From Deinococcales bacterium (GTDB taxonomy: Bacteria; Deinococcota; Deinococci; Deinococcales; JAAFIG01), in the NCBI GenBank assembly GCA_043778225.1, contig JAYWGM010000048.1, positions 1-64,000 on the forward strand: DNA of 64,000 nucleotides, given 5' to 3'. Position numbers and translations under genes: made by a program. Under the pieces are notes generated by a model that saw nothing but the letters and a program-made list of their open reading frames with translations, was not told the origin of the DNA and made no database searches. Positions 38,554-48,551 of the stretch are shown here, piece after piece; positions within the stretch are counted from its first letter, which is position 1; each line of letters begins with the position of its first letter.

Positions 38554-40269
38554 TTAGGCATATTGCAATTTGACTTGCTGCTCTGCTATAAACTGCGTCT
38601 CGAGCCTAGCCCGATGCTCGAGAACAGCACTGGTGATGGCGTGCTTTAATTCAGGTAAACCAAGTTTTTGCTGTGCCGAGACACGAATTCCGCCAAGTCG
38701 ATCTTCGAGGGTGTCCATATCAAATGGGTCGGCTCGGTCGCTTTTATTTAAGACCAAAAGCCGTGGAATACCATCTAGCTCGAGTTCGCTTAAAATCCCT
38801 TCGACCGCCTTATGGCGCTCAAGGGCATCTTCGGCACTGGCATCCAACACGTGCATCAGTACATCGACATCCAAAAGCTCTTCGAGGGTGCTGCGAAAAG
38901 CCCGTTTTAAGTCGGTTGGCAATTCGCGGATAAACCCGACCGTATCGGTAAAAACAATTTCGCCATAATCTGGCAAAAAACCGCGCCGGCTGGTTGGCGC
39001 GAGGGTTGCAAAAAGTTTATTTTCGGCAAGTACACTCGAGTGGGTCAGTGCGTTCAGCAAGGTAGACTTGCCAGCATTGGTGTAGCCAACGATTGCCACA
39101 TTGGGAATACCGCTCTTCAAACGGCTCTTGCGCCGTTCTTGCTGGCGGTTGTTGAGGTCGCGCAGGGTCTGCTCGAGAAAAGTGATGCGGTCGTTGATGC
39201 GGCGGCGGTCAAGCTCAAGTTTGGTTTCGCCAGGTCCGCGAGTGCCAATAGCGCCGCCCGAACCAGCCGCACCACCACCAATTTTACTTAACTTTGTACC
39301 TTGCCCAAGTAATCGTGGTTTCATGTACTGCAACTGCGCCAATTCGACTTGCAGTTTAGATTCTGGTCCACTGGCGTGCTGGGCAAAAATATCAAGGATT
39401 AATTGGTTGCGGTCAATGATTTTTAGGTTGGTGGACTTTTCGATCTCTCGAGCTTGGGCTGGGTTTAAGCCCTCGCCAAAAATCAGCACATCAGCATCCA
39501 AATGGTATGCTCGACTGGTCAATTCCTCGAGTTTACCGCGCCCAATTAAGGTATCGGCTTTGGCAAATTTACGAAAGACCAGTTCTTGGTAAACCACAAC
39601 CGCGCCAGCCGTGCGGGCAAGCTCGGATAACTCCTCGAGGGCGGCTTCGGCATTGATTCCAGTGCCTCGGTCGAGTTGCACCAAAATCGCTCGTTCCTCG
39701 CTGCTGCGCTTGGTTTCACGCACTTTTTGGGTACGGGTAAATTCTTCTTCGAGCGCTCGGGTATTGGCGGCAATATCCCAGTTCTCGAGGGCTTGGACAG
39801 TTTGCGGTGCGTAAATGCGCCAATCTTCTTCCTCGAGTTTGGCGTTGGGCGGCGTTAAATGTGCCAAGTGTGCATCGCCGGGTATGCCACCACCTTTAAC
39901 TTCGATTGCCACAATCGCATCCAAGCGATTCAAAAACAGGGTGGATAAATCCGACTTAGAAAGCGGCGCGGCTTTGGGATGGGCATGAACCAACCACAGA
40001 CCACGCAAACGACTTTCGGCTTCGCGCCCACGCTCGAGGTTTGGAAATTCGGTTCGGCTGGCATCGCCGACCGAAACCGTAACCACTCGCCCACGGCGGT
40101 CTATTAAGACACAGACTTCGCGGTTAATCTCGAGTGCCAGTTCGGTTAGGCTACGTGCCAATTCTGGGGTTACAGCCGTGTTGGGCGGCACTTTACGACG
40201 GTACAAATTAGACAAGAGTTTGAGAACGCTGGGCTTTAAGCCACTGACATGACCATGTACTTTTTCCGT
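38554..40269 (-). CDS. hflX: GTPase HflX with long N-terminal extension; probable ACG/ATT start
   Basis: LILDIFAQHA, GTRGPGETKLE, GYTNAGKS, DTVGF, NKSD; AGGAGG SD precedes ATT-ACG-GAA-AAA-GTA-CAT-GGT. Confidence 0.93.
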   Translation of the reverse strand, partial: TEKVHGHVSGLKPSVLKLLSNLYRRKVPPNTAVTPELARSLTELALEINREVCVLIDRRGRVVTVSVGDASRTEFPNLERGREAESRLRGLWLVHAHPKAAPLSKSDLSTLFLNRLDAIVAIEVKGGGIPGDAHLAHLTPPNAKLEEEDWRIYAPQTVQALENWDIAANTRALEEEFTRTQKVRETKRSSEERAILVQLDRGTGINAEAALEELSELARTAGAVVVYQELVFRKFAKADTLIGRGKLEELTSRAYHLDADVLIFGEGLNPAQAREIEKSTNLKIIDRNQLILDIFAQHASGPESKLQVELAQLQYMKPRLLGQGTKLSKIGGGAAGSGGAIGTRGPGETKLELDRRRINDRITFLEQTLRDLNNRQQERRKSRLKSGIPNVAIVGYTNAGKSTLLNALTHSSVLAENKLFATLAPTSRRGFLPDYGEIVFTDTVGFIRELPTDLKRAFRSTLEELLDVDVLMHVLDASAEDALERHKAVEGILSELELDGIPRLLVLNKSDRADPFDMDTLEDRLGGIRVSAQQKLGLPELKHAITSAVLEHRARLETQFIAEQQVKLQYA

Positions 40270-40414
40270 AATGACCTCCTAAGACGACAAAACCTCGAGA
40301 ACGCTTGGTGCGTCGTCTCGAGGTGGGATGAATGTTTTCAACTTGGAGGTATTGTACCGCGTTTTTTTAAGAAGATTGTGCGCCAGTTGACTTAAAACCA
40401 CTAAGCCCAAGGGC

Positions 40415-40615
40415 TTAGGCTTCGGGTAGGATGCCGCGATTACGGCGACGGTCTACACTGTTTTGCAGGGTTTCGGCTTCGCGTTCTTCGGCAAGCATAT
40501 CTGCCCATTCGCCAAGGTTGCGGATACCGGCTTCGACTGCTTCGACTGGAGTACGGAATTTTGTACCCTCGAGAAAACGCAGTGTGGCTCGTTTCATGTA
40601 ATTTGTACGCTTCAT
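40415..40615 (-). CDS. 66-aa hypothetical protein
   Basis: GGAGGG RBS upstream; charged, protein-like composition. Confidence 0.55.
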   Translation of the reverse strand: MKRTNYMKRATLRFLEGTKFRTPVEAVEAGIRNLGEWADMLAEEREAETLQNSVDRRRNRGILPEA

Positions 40616-40719
40616 AAACCCCTCCAGGGTGGTGTTAGGTTGTGCCTAACCTTTGAATGGATTTATCCTAGCAAACCAAGCGTCATACAATCGTCAAAAA
40701 CTTTTTTGGAGGTGAGTAC

Positions 40720-41315
40720 CTAAGTACACGTCAAAACTTTTAACCCGCACCTAAAAGCGTGAATTCCGATACGGTAATCGTGCCAAAACGAACCGAAAGG
40801 AATTCACCTATGCAGCATACCGCAACTAAATTACTCGAGCTAACCCAAGCCAATCTCAACTAGGACATCCGAAGACAACGTTTCATCATTGCTTTCGTCC
40901 TCGCTTTAATTGCAGTACGAACCGTCAATCTGACCCAAATAGCTGTTCACATGAACGCAAGTCAGTCAAAGCTAATGTACCGTACAATCCAACGTTTTTT
41001 CTTGATCCCAACACGCACTTGACGGGCGGGATCGCTTTCAGAGTTTTCGTCCTGATAGTCACGCTTTCCTCAAATTTCTACTATCCCTACTACCAGATGA
41101 ACCATTGACCTTAATCATGAACCGAACCAACTGGGATTACGGCAAGATTCACATTAACTACTTGGTGATTGGTGTTCTTTACCAAAGCACAGTCATACCC
41201 TTTTGAGCAAAGTTTATTTCGTATTGGACTGGATTTTTTACGTGGACTAATTTTTGATGGTTCTCTCGAGAAACGTGAAAATCGACTTGTCTTTGGAGTT
41301 TTGACGTGTACTTAG
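40720..41315 (+). mobile_element. Internally deleted IS4-family insertion sequence (596 bp)
   Basis: Perfect 19-bp TIRs CTAAGTACACGTCAAAACT (40720-40738 and 41297-41315); transposase fragments inside. Confidence 0.85.
40810..41300 (+). pseudogene. IS4-family transposase remnant
   Basis: Fragments VRTVNLTQIA, YRTIQRFF, NRTNWDYGKIHINYLVIG and SLFRIGLDFL, with stops, frameshifts and missing core. Confidence 0.8.
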
Positions 41316-41683
41316 ATTTACCATAGAAGGTTTCTCGAGTCTGACTGCTTATCGGGCTAACTTTGTTCAATCGGTGCATTTGCTTAAAGTAGCTTTACTC
41401 GGCGAGAAAGCGGGGACTTTGCCTAAAATTCAAGAACGAATTCTCGAGTATGGGCAACAGCATTAAATACCTTCGGACTCAAATTAAAAAACCGTACAGA
41501 ATTCTAGGTAGCTCATCACAATTTGACTTGGGCGCTGATTAAATCCGCCAAGGCTCGAGCCGCATTGCTTTGCTTTGCCAACCAAGTTTCGACCAATTTC
41601 ATTGTCTTGGATGGTGCAGTACAGAGTAGTATTACAAATTCTCCCACTCTGTACAGAACCGTCATTAGCTCGAGATAAAAAGT

Positions 41684-44353
41684 TTACGGCAAGCGAATGG
41701 TCAATGCCCCAAGGATAACGTCAATCGGAGTAAGTTGGTCGCCTGTTGTTACTCCGTTACCAAGTTGCCCTTCGGTGTCATCGCCCCAACTGAACATTTT
41801 ACCGTCTGACTTGAGTGCCAACGAATGCAAACCGCCAGCCGCAATCGCCACAATGTTGGTCGCACCACCAACGACGGTTGGAGTGGATTTATCGGCAAGT
41901 GGTGTTCCATCGCCAAGTTGTCCTTTTTCGTCCGAACCCCAAGTCAGCACCGTTCCGTCCTTTTTTAATGCCACAGAATGATTGAGACCAGCCGCAATTG
42001 CCACGATGTTGTTGGAGTTACTGCCGCCAACTGCAACTGGTGTCGTTCTATCTGTACTTGAGCCGTCGCCGAGTTCGCCACTAAAATTTGCGCCCCAAGC
42101 CAGCAGTGTGCCGTCTGATTTGAGGGCTAAAGAAAAACTCCGACCCGCCGCAATTGCCACAATGTTGGTTGCATCTTGTACTGGTACAGGTGTCGTCGAA
42201 GACACTCCGCCAGCAGCATTATCGCCAAGTTGCCCGAAATCATCCGAACCCCAAGCCAGTATTGTTCCGTCTGATTTGAGTGCCAAAGAATGTTTTTCAC
42301 CGGCTGCAATGGCAACAGTGTTGCTTGTGCCTGGCACTAAGGTTGGTGTCGTGTTGTTAGGTGCAGTGTTGCCTAGTTGTTTGTCACGATTATCACCCCA
42401 ACTGTACACATTGCCGTCGTCTCTTAATGCCAGTGAATGGTTTGTGCCTGTGGCTATCGAAGTAAATTTGAAGGTCACGCCGACATCTACAGGAACGGAT
42501 GTCGAATTAATAGAGCCTTGTAGGTTATTGCCAAGTTGTCCGTGGGTGTTATCGCCCCAACTGATGAGCGAACCATCGGTTTTGAGTGCCAGCGAATAAA
42601 ATCCACCTGCGGAAACCGCCACGATGTTGGTGTTCTTTGCGCCACTGACCGCTACAGGTGTGGGTGAGTTATTCAGGTTACTTGTGCCGAGTTGACCAAA
42701 AGCCCCTTGTCCCCAAGCCAAGACGGTGTTGTCTGATTTTAAGGCTAAAGTATGGTGTTGACCACCACTGATACTGGCTTGGTTTGGATTGATGCTGATA
42801 AAAATGGTTTTTTTCTGGGTTGGGTCTTGGACACTACTTGCAGTAATCCGTACAATCCGTCCAACAGAAGTGTTTGGGGCGGAATAGGTGTTGGTGGTGC
42901 CAAATCCGGTATTTTGCAGCGAACCATTGCCACTCGAGAGTGTCCCAATACCATCGTTTTCGATCTTCCAAGTCGAGTTTGGATTGAATTGATTCACATT
43001 ACCACTCGAGGTCACTGTGGCGCTCAGTTGGGTTGACTCACCAGTTTTTAAGGCTGACTTTGCGGCGGTCAAGGTCACACCCGTGATACTGGCTGGTTTG
43101 ATGGTCATGGTGATTGTGCCAAATTTGCTCGAATCCCCAGTGCTGGTAGCTTTAATCTCCACTGTACGTTCTCTGGCATCGGCACCTGGAACACTAAAAG
43201 TGATGGATGAACCTGTGGGGTTAATCAGAATTGCATTGTCAGTGGTGACAATGCTCCAAGTCACGGCATTACTAAACGTACCATTGCCTGTAACCGTGGC
43301 GGTCAGCGTGGTGTTTGTGGCAGGCAACACAGTTGTGGCAGGCGCACTGATGGTCACGGCAGTCACACCTGGAGTGGCGGCTGTGATGCTCAGGCTGACT
43401 TCGCCAAATTTGCTGGCATCCTGATTGCTGGTGGCACGAATCACAGTTGTGCCATTTGGGGCAGTAGCAGGAATCGAAAAAACCACGGGTGAACCTGTCG
43501 TGGCAGACAATGAACCTACTCCACTGGTAATGCTCCAAGTGACTGCATTACTAAACGTACCTGTTCCTACGACCACAGCACTTAAATTGGCTTGTGTTCC
43601 GCCACTGACAATCGGCATGTCTGAACTGGCAGTCACCGAAGTAATACTCGAGTTTGTGCCTTGAAACGTAGTCAGGATTGTATTTTGTAATGTCAGAGTA
43701 TAGGCGTTCCCAGCCAAATCGGTTAGGCTCGAGCTAACCAGCAGTGCATAGGAAATAGCGGATTGTGCCGAGGTTGTCAGGGTCACGGTTTTGTTATCTG
43801 CCGCAACACTGGCAGCACTTACAGTTAATCCCTGTGATGGAAAACTAAAATTCGTAGCTAAATTCCCCCCTGCAATGGCTTCACTAAAGACCACGGTCAC
43901 ACTGGTGTTGCTTGCGGCGGTTGTACTTACCACCGTTGGAGGCGTGGTATCCCCAGTAACAGGTGCGGCGGTCACGGTCAATTTGAAGGGAATGGTTTTG
44001 GTCAGAGAACCCGAAATGCCTTTGATAGTCAGGGTTGTCTCGCCCAGAGCAGCATTAGCGGCAACGTTCACAGTCAAGGTGCTGGTGCTTGAGGTCGAAA
44101 CTGGATTAAAGCTGCTGGTCACACCTGTAGGCGCTCCTTCGAGACTCAGCGCTACCGAATTTGCAAAACCCCCCGTTTTGGTTAAGCTAACCGCAAGTGT
44201 CCCTGATTGGGTTCTTTTAACCGTGAGGCTCGAGTTATCCAAACTTAAACTAAAATCTGGTACTGGAGCAGGGGCTGGCGGACAGGCAACCAAACCAACC
44301 ATCAAGAAACCCGCCAAAAGTGTTTTGCCAATAAAACCAATCTTGAACTGCAT
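41684..44353 (-). CDS. Surface lipoprotein with Ig-like domains and C-terminal RCC1 beta-propeller
   Basis: Lipobox LVAC; about 7 repeats of IAAG..HSLALKSDG...WG....GQLG; GGAGG RBS before MQFKI. Confidence 0.9.
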   Translation of the reverse strand: MQFKIGFIGKTLLAGFLMVGLVACPPAPAPVPDFSLSLDNSSLTVKRTQSGTLAVSLTKTGGFANSVALSLEGAPTGVTSSFNPVSTSSTSTLTVNVAANAALGETTLTIKGISGSLTKTIPFKLTVTAAPVTGDTTPPTVVSTTAASNTSVTVVFSEAIAGGNLATNFSFPSQGLTVSAASVAADNKTVTLTTSAQSAISYALLVSSSLTDLAGNAYTLTLQNTILTTFQGTNSSITSVTASSDMPIVSGGTQANLSAVVVGTGTFSNAVTWSITSGVGSLSATTGSPVVFSIPATAPNGTTVIRATSNQDASKFGEVSLSITAATPGVTAVTISAPATTVLPATNTTLTATVTGNGTFSNAVTWSIVTTDNAILINPTGSSITFSVPGADARERTVEIKATSTGDSSKFGTITMTIKPASITGVTLTAAKSALKTGESTQLSATVTSSGNVNQFNPNSTWKIENDGIGTLSSGNGSLQNTGFGTTNTYSAPNTSVGRIVRITASSVQDPTQKKTIFISINPNQASISGGQHHTLALKSDNTVLAWGQGAFGQLGTSNLNNSPTPVAVSGAKNTNIVAVSAGGFYSLALKTDGSLISWGDNTHGQLGNNLQGSINSTSVPVDVGVTFKFTSIATGTNHSLALRDDGNVYSWGDNRDKQLGNTAPNNTTPTLVPGTSNTVAIAAGEKHSLALKSDGTILAWGSDDFGQLGDNAAGGVSSTTPVPVQDATNIVAIAAGRSFSLALKSDGTLLAWGANFSGELGDGSSTDRTTPVAVGGSNSNNIVAIAAGLNHSVALKKDGTVLTWGSDEKGQLGDGTPLADKSTPTVVGGATNIVAIAAGGLHSLALKSDGKMFSWGDDTEGQLGNGVTTGDQLTPIDVILGALTIRLP

Positions 44354-44475
44354 ACCTACCTCCATAGAGAACTGCGAATAACCTTAACAAGCGGGGTGAG
44401 TGGCTTTGATGTTTTCAAAAGCAGCAATGAACGCAAACCCGTTAGATACACAGTACAAAGTAGAGCGTAAATTGG

Positions 44476-44505
44476 GCGTAAACTCGAGAATTCTCGAGTT
44501 TACGC
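44476..44505. promoter_or_regulatory. Perfect 30-bp palindrome, candidate operator
   Basis: GCGTAAACTCGAGAA|TTCTCGAGTTTACGC in the divergent intergenic region. Confidence 0.6.
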
Positions 44506-44574
44506 TCTGGGTTCTTGTTGCATTCTCAAAAACAGCACTTAGGTTTACTCGAGAAATTTGTCTATAATGAATCC

Positions 44575-47418
44575 ATGCACTTGAGGACGTTGGGCAAACT
44601 GGCTTTGGATTCCGTGGAATTTCCACGCCCCAAGCTGTTGTTGCTCCTTTCGTACTTGGCTATCGAAGGCAGCAAAGAAAAACGTCATTTGTACGAATTG
44701 TTTTGGTCTGGTGCAAGCGACCCTGCTACCAGTTTACGGATGGCTTTGGGGCAGTTTCGCAAAGTTGCCCCCGATTTGGTGGTTACGGATGAACGCACTG
44801 TGTCTACAAAAGTCGCGCATGACCTGACCGAATTGCAAAGTATTATTGCCCAGCACGACCCGAACAAGCTCGAGGCGTTTTATACGGGCGAGTTTTTGCA
44901 GGGGTTTTCCTTGCCCGATTGGAGTTCCGAACTCGAGGAATGGGTTTATAGCACCCGTGAGTTTGTGGCGCGGGGGGTGCGGGGTGCTTACCTTCGTGCT
45001 GCCGAACAACACGCAAACCAAGGTGCGTTTTTTGCGGCTGTACAGTGGGCAGAAAAAGCCTTTTGTTTGGGCAAGCAAGACGACCTATCGCCAGAAGACC
45101 TCGAGCGTTTGTACCCGTTGCTGCTGGCAGGGGACAGTTCGCTTTGTAGCCAAGCCAAGAAGCTGATTAACGTGTTTGGTCTCGAGCTTAGCCAGACTCG
45201 AGACCAAGCCCAAGCGCGTTTTTTTTCGGCATCTACTCGCCCAGAAACCAAATCCGAAGGTACACCTCACAATTTGCCTCGAGCCAAGACTTCATTTGTT
45301 GGGCGTGACCCCGAGTTGGTCGAGTTGGGGCAATTGCTTTCCCAACGCGAAGTGCTGCTGATTACCCTCTTGGGGATGGGCGGCATTGGCAAGACCCGCC
45401 TTGCCTTGCAATTGGCAAGCCAACAGGTACAAGAGCAGAATTTTCCCGATGGTGTCTATTTTGTGCCGCTCGAGTCGCTGACTGAAGCCAACCAAATACC
45501 CTTAGTTTTAGCCCAAACACTTCATATTACCGTGAAGGAAAACCCTTTTGCCTCGGTTGCGGTCGGCATAGGCAACCAGAGATTGCTGTTGGTTTTGGAT
45601 AACTTCGAGCATCTGATGGACGCGGCGCTACTTATTTCCCAAATGCTGGAGGTATGCCCTCACTTACGGATTGTGGTCACATCGCGCGAACGGCTGCACC
45701 TCGAGGAAGAACACGTCATGCCCTTGCAGGGTTTGCCTTGCCCAAGCCACATTCGTTTTGCCGAAAGCGAGTATGTGGATGCGATTCGGCTTTTTGTGCA
45801 ACGTGCCAAACGAGCGCGGCTGGACTTTGAGCTAACGAAGGAAAACCTGCCGCAAGTCCTCGAGATTTGCCGTTTGGTCGAAGGTTCACCTCTGGGCATC
45901 GAATTGGCAGCCGTTTGGTTGGGTTCGTTATCCTTAACCCAGATTGCCCGGGAGATTGGTCAGAACATTGGGTTGCTCGAGACCAACAGCCGCAATATTG
46001 TCGGTCGGCATCAAAGTATCCAAGCCGTTTTTGAACACTCTTGGCAGCTCTTAAAACCCAAAGAGCAACGCATTCTTGCTCAACTTTCGGTTTTTCGTGG
46101 TGGGTTTACCCGTCTGGCTGCCTCGAGCGTGTCGGACTCCAATTTGGCGCTGCTGTCTGGACTGGTTAATAAATCGGTGCTGCGCCTAGATGACCCCCAA
46201 GGACGGTACGATTTTCACCCTTTGCTGCTCGAGTATGCCAGTCAAAAGTTGGTCGGGTTGGGCGAGGTTACCCGCCAACAGCACGCGCAGTATTTTCTCG
46301 AGTTGGTCAAAGCCAGCCAGGATAATTTGCAAGCCCAAATCAAATGTTGCCAACAAGAATACGAAAACTTGCTGGCTGCCTTGGCTTGGTCACAAGAAAA
46401 TCATCAGGGGATGTTTGGCTTGCAGTTGGGCTTGCTGCTTGGTGCTTTGTGGCAATCTCAGGGTTATAGCTCTGAAGGCATTCATTGGCTCAGAACTGTG
46501 CTGTCACATCCAGACGCAGCCACCGCCAGCGTCGAACGGGTTCAAGCCTTACTTTTGCTTTCACGCATTGCTTCGCTGCACAGTGAACACCAACGGCTGG
46601 CGCTTGAGTCTGGCAAAGAAGGGCTAAGACTGGCTCAAATCCTCGAAGCCGACGAACAGATTGTCCAAGCCTACTTGCGTTTGAGTCTGGTGGCACAAAA
46701 GCAACAAGACTGGACTGCCATGCAGGAGTACGGACAGGCGGGTCTGTCCTTGGCACGGCAACTCGAGCATCCAAAACTGACCGCCAATGCACTTTGGATT
46801 GTTGGTGGTAATTTGGCAATCATCACTGGTGATTATGTGGGCGGACGCAAGTACCTTGAAGAAAGCCTGAGCCTCAATCGTCACTTCGGCTCACGCCTTG
46901 ACATTGGGTTATCGCTCAACAATTTGGGCTTTTTGGTGTTTTTGCTCGGCGACTTGCAGGCTGCCAAAACCTATCTCGAGGAATCACTGCACATTGCTCA
47001 GGACTTGCCCGACCACTATCTGACAAGCGTTGCCCAAGATAGCTTGAGCGCTGTGATGCAAGACCTTGGCGAACTCGAATCGGCACGTTTACTGGTAGAA
47101 CAATCGCTGCAATACAGTTGGCAAATCAAAAACACCATGAACATTCACAATGCGCTCGAGAACTTTGCCAGTCTGGCTGCACTGCAAGGGCAACCAAAAC
47201 GCGCCATTCAGTTGTGGGGCGCAGCCGAACGCTTCCAACCGCAAGACAACTCGCGCATTACCATGCTCTGGCATGAACGCAATAAACGATTCATGTCCAT
47301 GACCAGAGACCAACTGGGTGACATCAGCTTTCAAGCCCACTGGAAGACTGGCAAAGTCATGAAGCTCGAGGATGCGGTGCGTTTCGCGCTCAAAGTGACA
47401 GCCTTGGTTGCCGACTAA
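44575..47418 (+). CDS. STAND-class regulator (SARP/BTAD-like N-terminus, NB-ARC ATPase, TPR repeats)
   Basis: LLLLSYLAIEG, HNLP...SFVGR, GMGGIGKTRLA, LLVLDNFEHL, G.PLGIELAA, TPRs; TATAAT-6nt-ATG. Confidence 0.88.
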   Translation: MHLRTLGKLALDSVEFPRPKLLLLLSYLAIEGSKEKRHLYELFWSGASDPATSLRMALGQFRKVAPDLVVTDERTVSTKVAHDLTELQSIIAQHDPNKLEAFYTGEFLQGFSLPDWSSELEEWVYSTREFVARGVRGAYLRAAEQHANQGAFFAAVQWAEKAFCLGKQDDLSPEDLERLYPLLLAGDSSLCSQAKKLINVFGLELSQTRDQAQARFFSASTRPETKSEGTPHNLPRAKTSFVGRDPELVELGQLLSQREVLLITLLGMGGIGKTRLALQLASQQVQEQNFPDGVYFVPLESLTEANQIPLVLAQTLHITVKENPFASVAVGIGNQRLLLVLDNFEHLMDAALLISQMLEVCPHLRIVVTSRERLHLEEEHVMPLQGLPCPSHIRFAESEYVDAIRLFVQRAKRARLDFELTKENLPQVLEICRLVEGSPLGIELAAVWLGSLSLTQIAREIGQNIGLLETNSRNIVGRHQSIQAVFEHSWQLLKPKEQRILAQLSVFRGGFTRLAASSVSDSNLALLSGLVNKSVLRLDDPQGRYDFHPLLLEYASQKLVGLGEVTRQQHAQYFLELVKASQDNLQAQIKCCQQEYENLLAALAWSQENHQGMFGLQLGLLLGALWQSQGYSSEGIHWLRTVLSHPDAATASVERVQALLLLSRIASLHSEHQRLALESGKEGLRLAQILEADEQIVQAYLRLSLVAQKQQDWTAMQEYGQAGLSLARQLEHPKLTANALWIVGGNLAIITGDYVGGRKYLEESLSLNRHFGSRLDIGLSLNNLGFLVFLLGDLQAAKTYLEESLHIAQDLPDHYLTSVAQDSLSAVMQDLGELESARLLVEQSLQYSWQIKNTMNIHNALENFASLAALQGQPKRAIQLWGAAERFQPQDNSRITMLWHERNKRFMSMTRDQLGDISFQAHWKTGKVMKLEDAVRFALKVTALVAD

Positions 47419-47471
47419 AGAGCGCCTTACCCTTGGTTTTGTGCCATCAAAGCCGTTACACTGCAAACCAG

Positions 47472-48551
47472 ATGAATCATTCTTATTTCGATTTTCTACC
47501 GCTTCAAAACGGTGCGTTGACCAAACCCGGCTTACCGAGTTTCCCGTGGTTAGAACTCAGTCAAGTGCTGCTGCTCGAGGCGCTAGAAAAAGAAAAACTG
47601 GGTTCAGTCATGGATTTATCGGCTCGAGGTGGGGCGGTGGCTTTGGCATTGGCAGCCAATGGCGCAAAAGTGATGGTCTCGGATTCAAGCGCGGCGGCTT
47701 TATCGTGCTTGGCTAAAACTGCTTTAGAAATTGGCATACAAGAAAATGCTGATACTGTGATTGCCATTTTGAATGGTGAACGTGGCAATGCTCGGGTGAT
47801 GCACACGATTCTCGAGTCGTGGCATTGTTGCAAAGCTGGTGGAACAGTTTTTCTGGCAGGCGATAAAGACAAAGGTTTTGAGCGTTACTTGAAGCAAGCC
47901 AAAACCATTTTTGGGGCTGGCGAAATTATTGCTCGAGGTAAAGGTTTTCGGGTGGCGAAACTCGAGAAAACGCTGCTTGAAATTCCAGAAGCACTCGAGC
48001 CACTCATCTTTGCTGTCGAAGCTCGGGGGCAGACGCTCCAAGCTGTGGCGCACGCCGGTACGTTTGCTTCGGGTAAACTCGATGCGGCGAGTGCCTTATT
48101 GCTCGAGCATTTGCCAAGTGGGGCTGGTCGGATGGTGCTGGACATTGGCGCGGGTTATGGGGTGCTGTCTGGGTTCTTAGCCCTTGAGGGCGCAAAGATT
48201 AGTCTGCTCGAGGATGATGCCTTGAGTGTCCAAAGTTGCACCGACACGCTTAAAGCCAATGGTTTGACTGGCACAGTGCTGCATTCAGATGTGGATTCGG
48301 CACTCGAGAAAACTGCCAAGTTCGATTTGATTGTTATGAATCCACCATTTCATGTCGGTAAGGAAATGCGAATAGATGTGGCGCTCGAGTTTATCGCGGC
48401 TGCTAAACGTCATGCCACGAAAAACACCGAGATTTTCTTGGTTGCCAATCACTTTTTGCCTTATGAAACACCATTCGCCAGCCTTGGGAAACTCGAGACG
48501 GTGGTCAATGCCAAAGGCTTTAAGGTGCTTAAAGTGGCAATGTCAGGCTGA
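47472..48551 (+). CDS. Class I SAM-dependent methyltransferase, RsmC (16S m2G1207)-like
   Basis: GTFASGKLDAAS.LLL, VLDIGAGYG, MNPPFH, LVANHFLPYE. Confidence 0.8.
   Translation: MNHSYFDFLPLQNGALTKPGLPSFPWLELSQVLLLEALEKEKLGSVMDLSARGGAVALALAANGAKVMVSDSSAAALSCLAKTALEIGIQENADTVIAILNGERGNARVMHTILESWHCCKAGGTVFLAGDKDKGFERYLKQAKTIFGAGEIIARGKGFRVAKLEKTLLEIPEALEPLIFAVEARGQTLQAVAHAGTFASGKLDAASALLLEHLPSGAGRMVLDIGAGYGVLSGFLALEGAKISLLEDDALSVQSCTDTLKANGLTGTVLHSDVDSALEKTAKFDLIVMNPPFHVGKEMRIDVALEFIAAAKRHATKNTEIFLVANHFLPYETPFASLGKLETVVNAKGFKVLKVAMSG

Noticed and set aside
41684..42790. Regularly spaced nucleotide repeats (CCCCAAGCCAG, CCAAGTTG) suggesting a CRISPR array
   Set aside because: They are degenerate coding RCC1 repeats, not identical repeats with unique spacers; no cas genes are present.
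41697..44381. Long plus-strand ORFs antisense to the RCC1 lipoprotein (and similar ones opposite clpC, tctA, ALDH and fusA)
   Set aside because: Shadow frames of real genes; no RBS or independent motifs.
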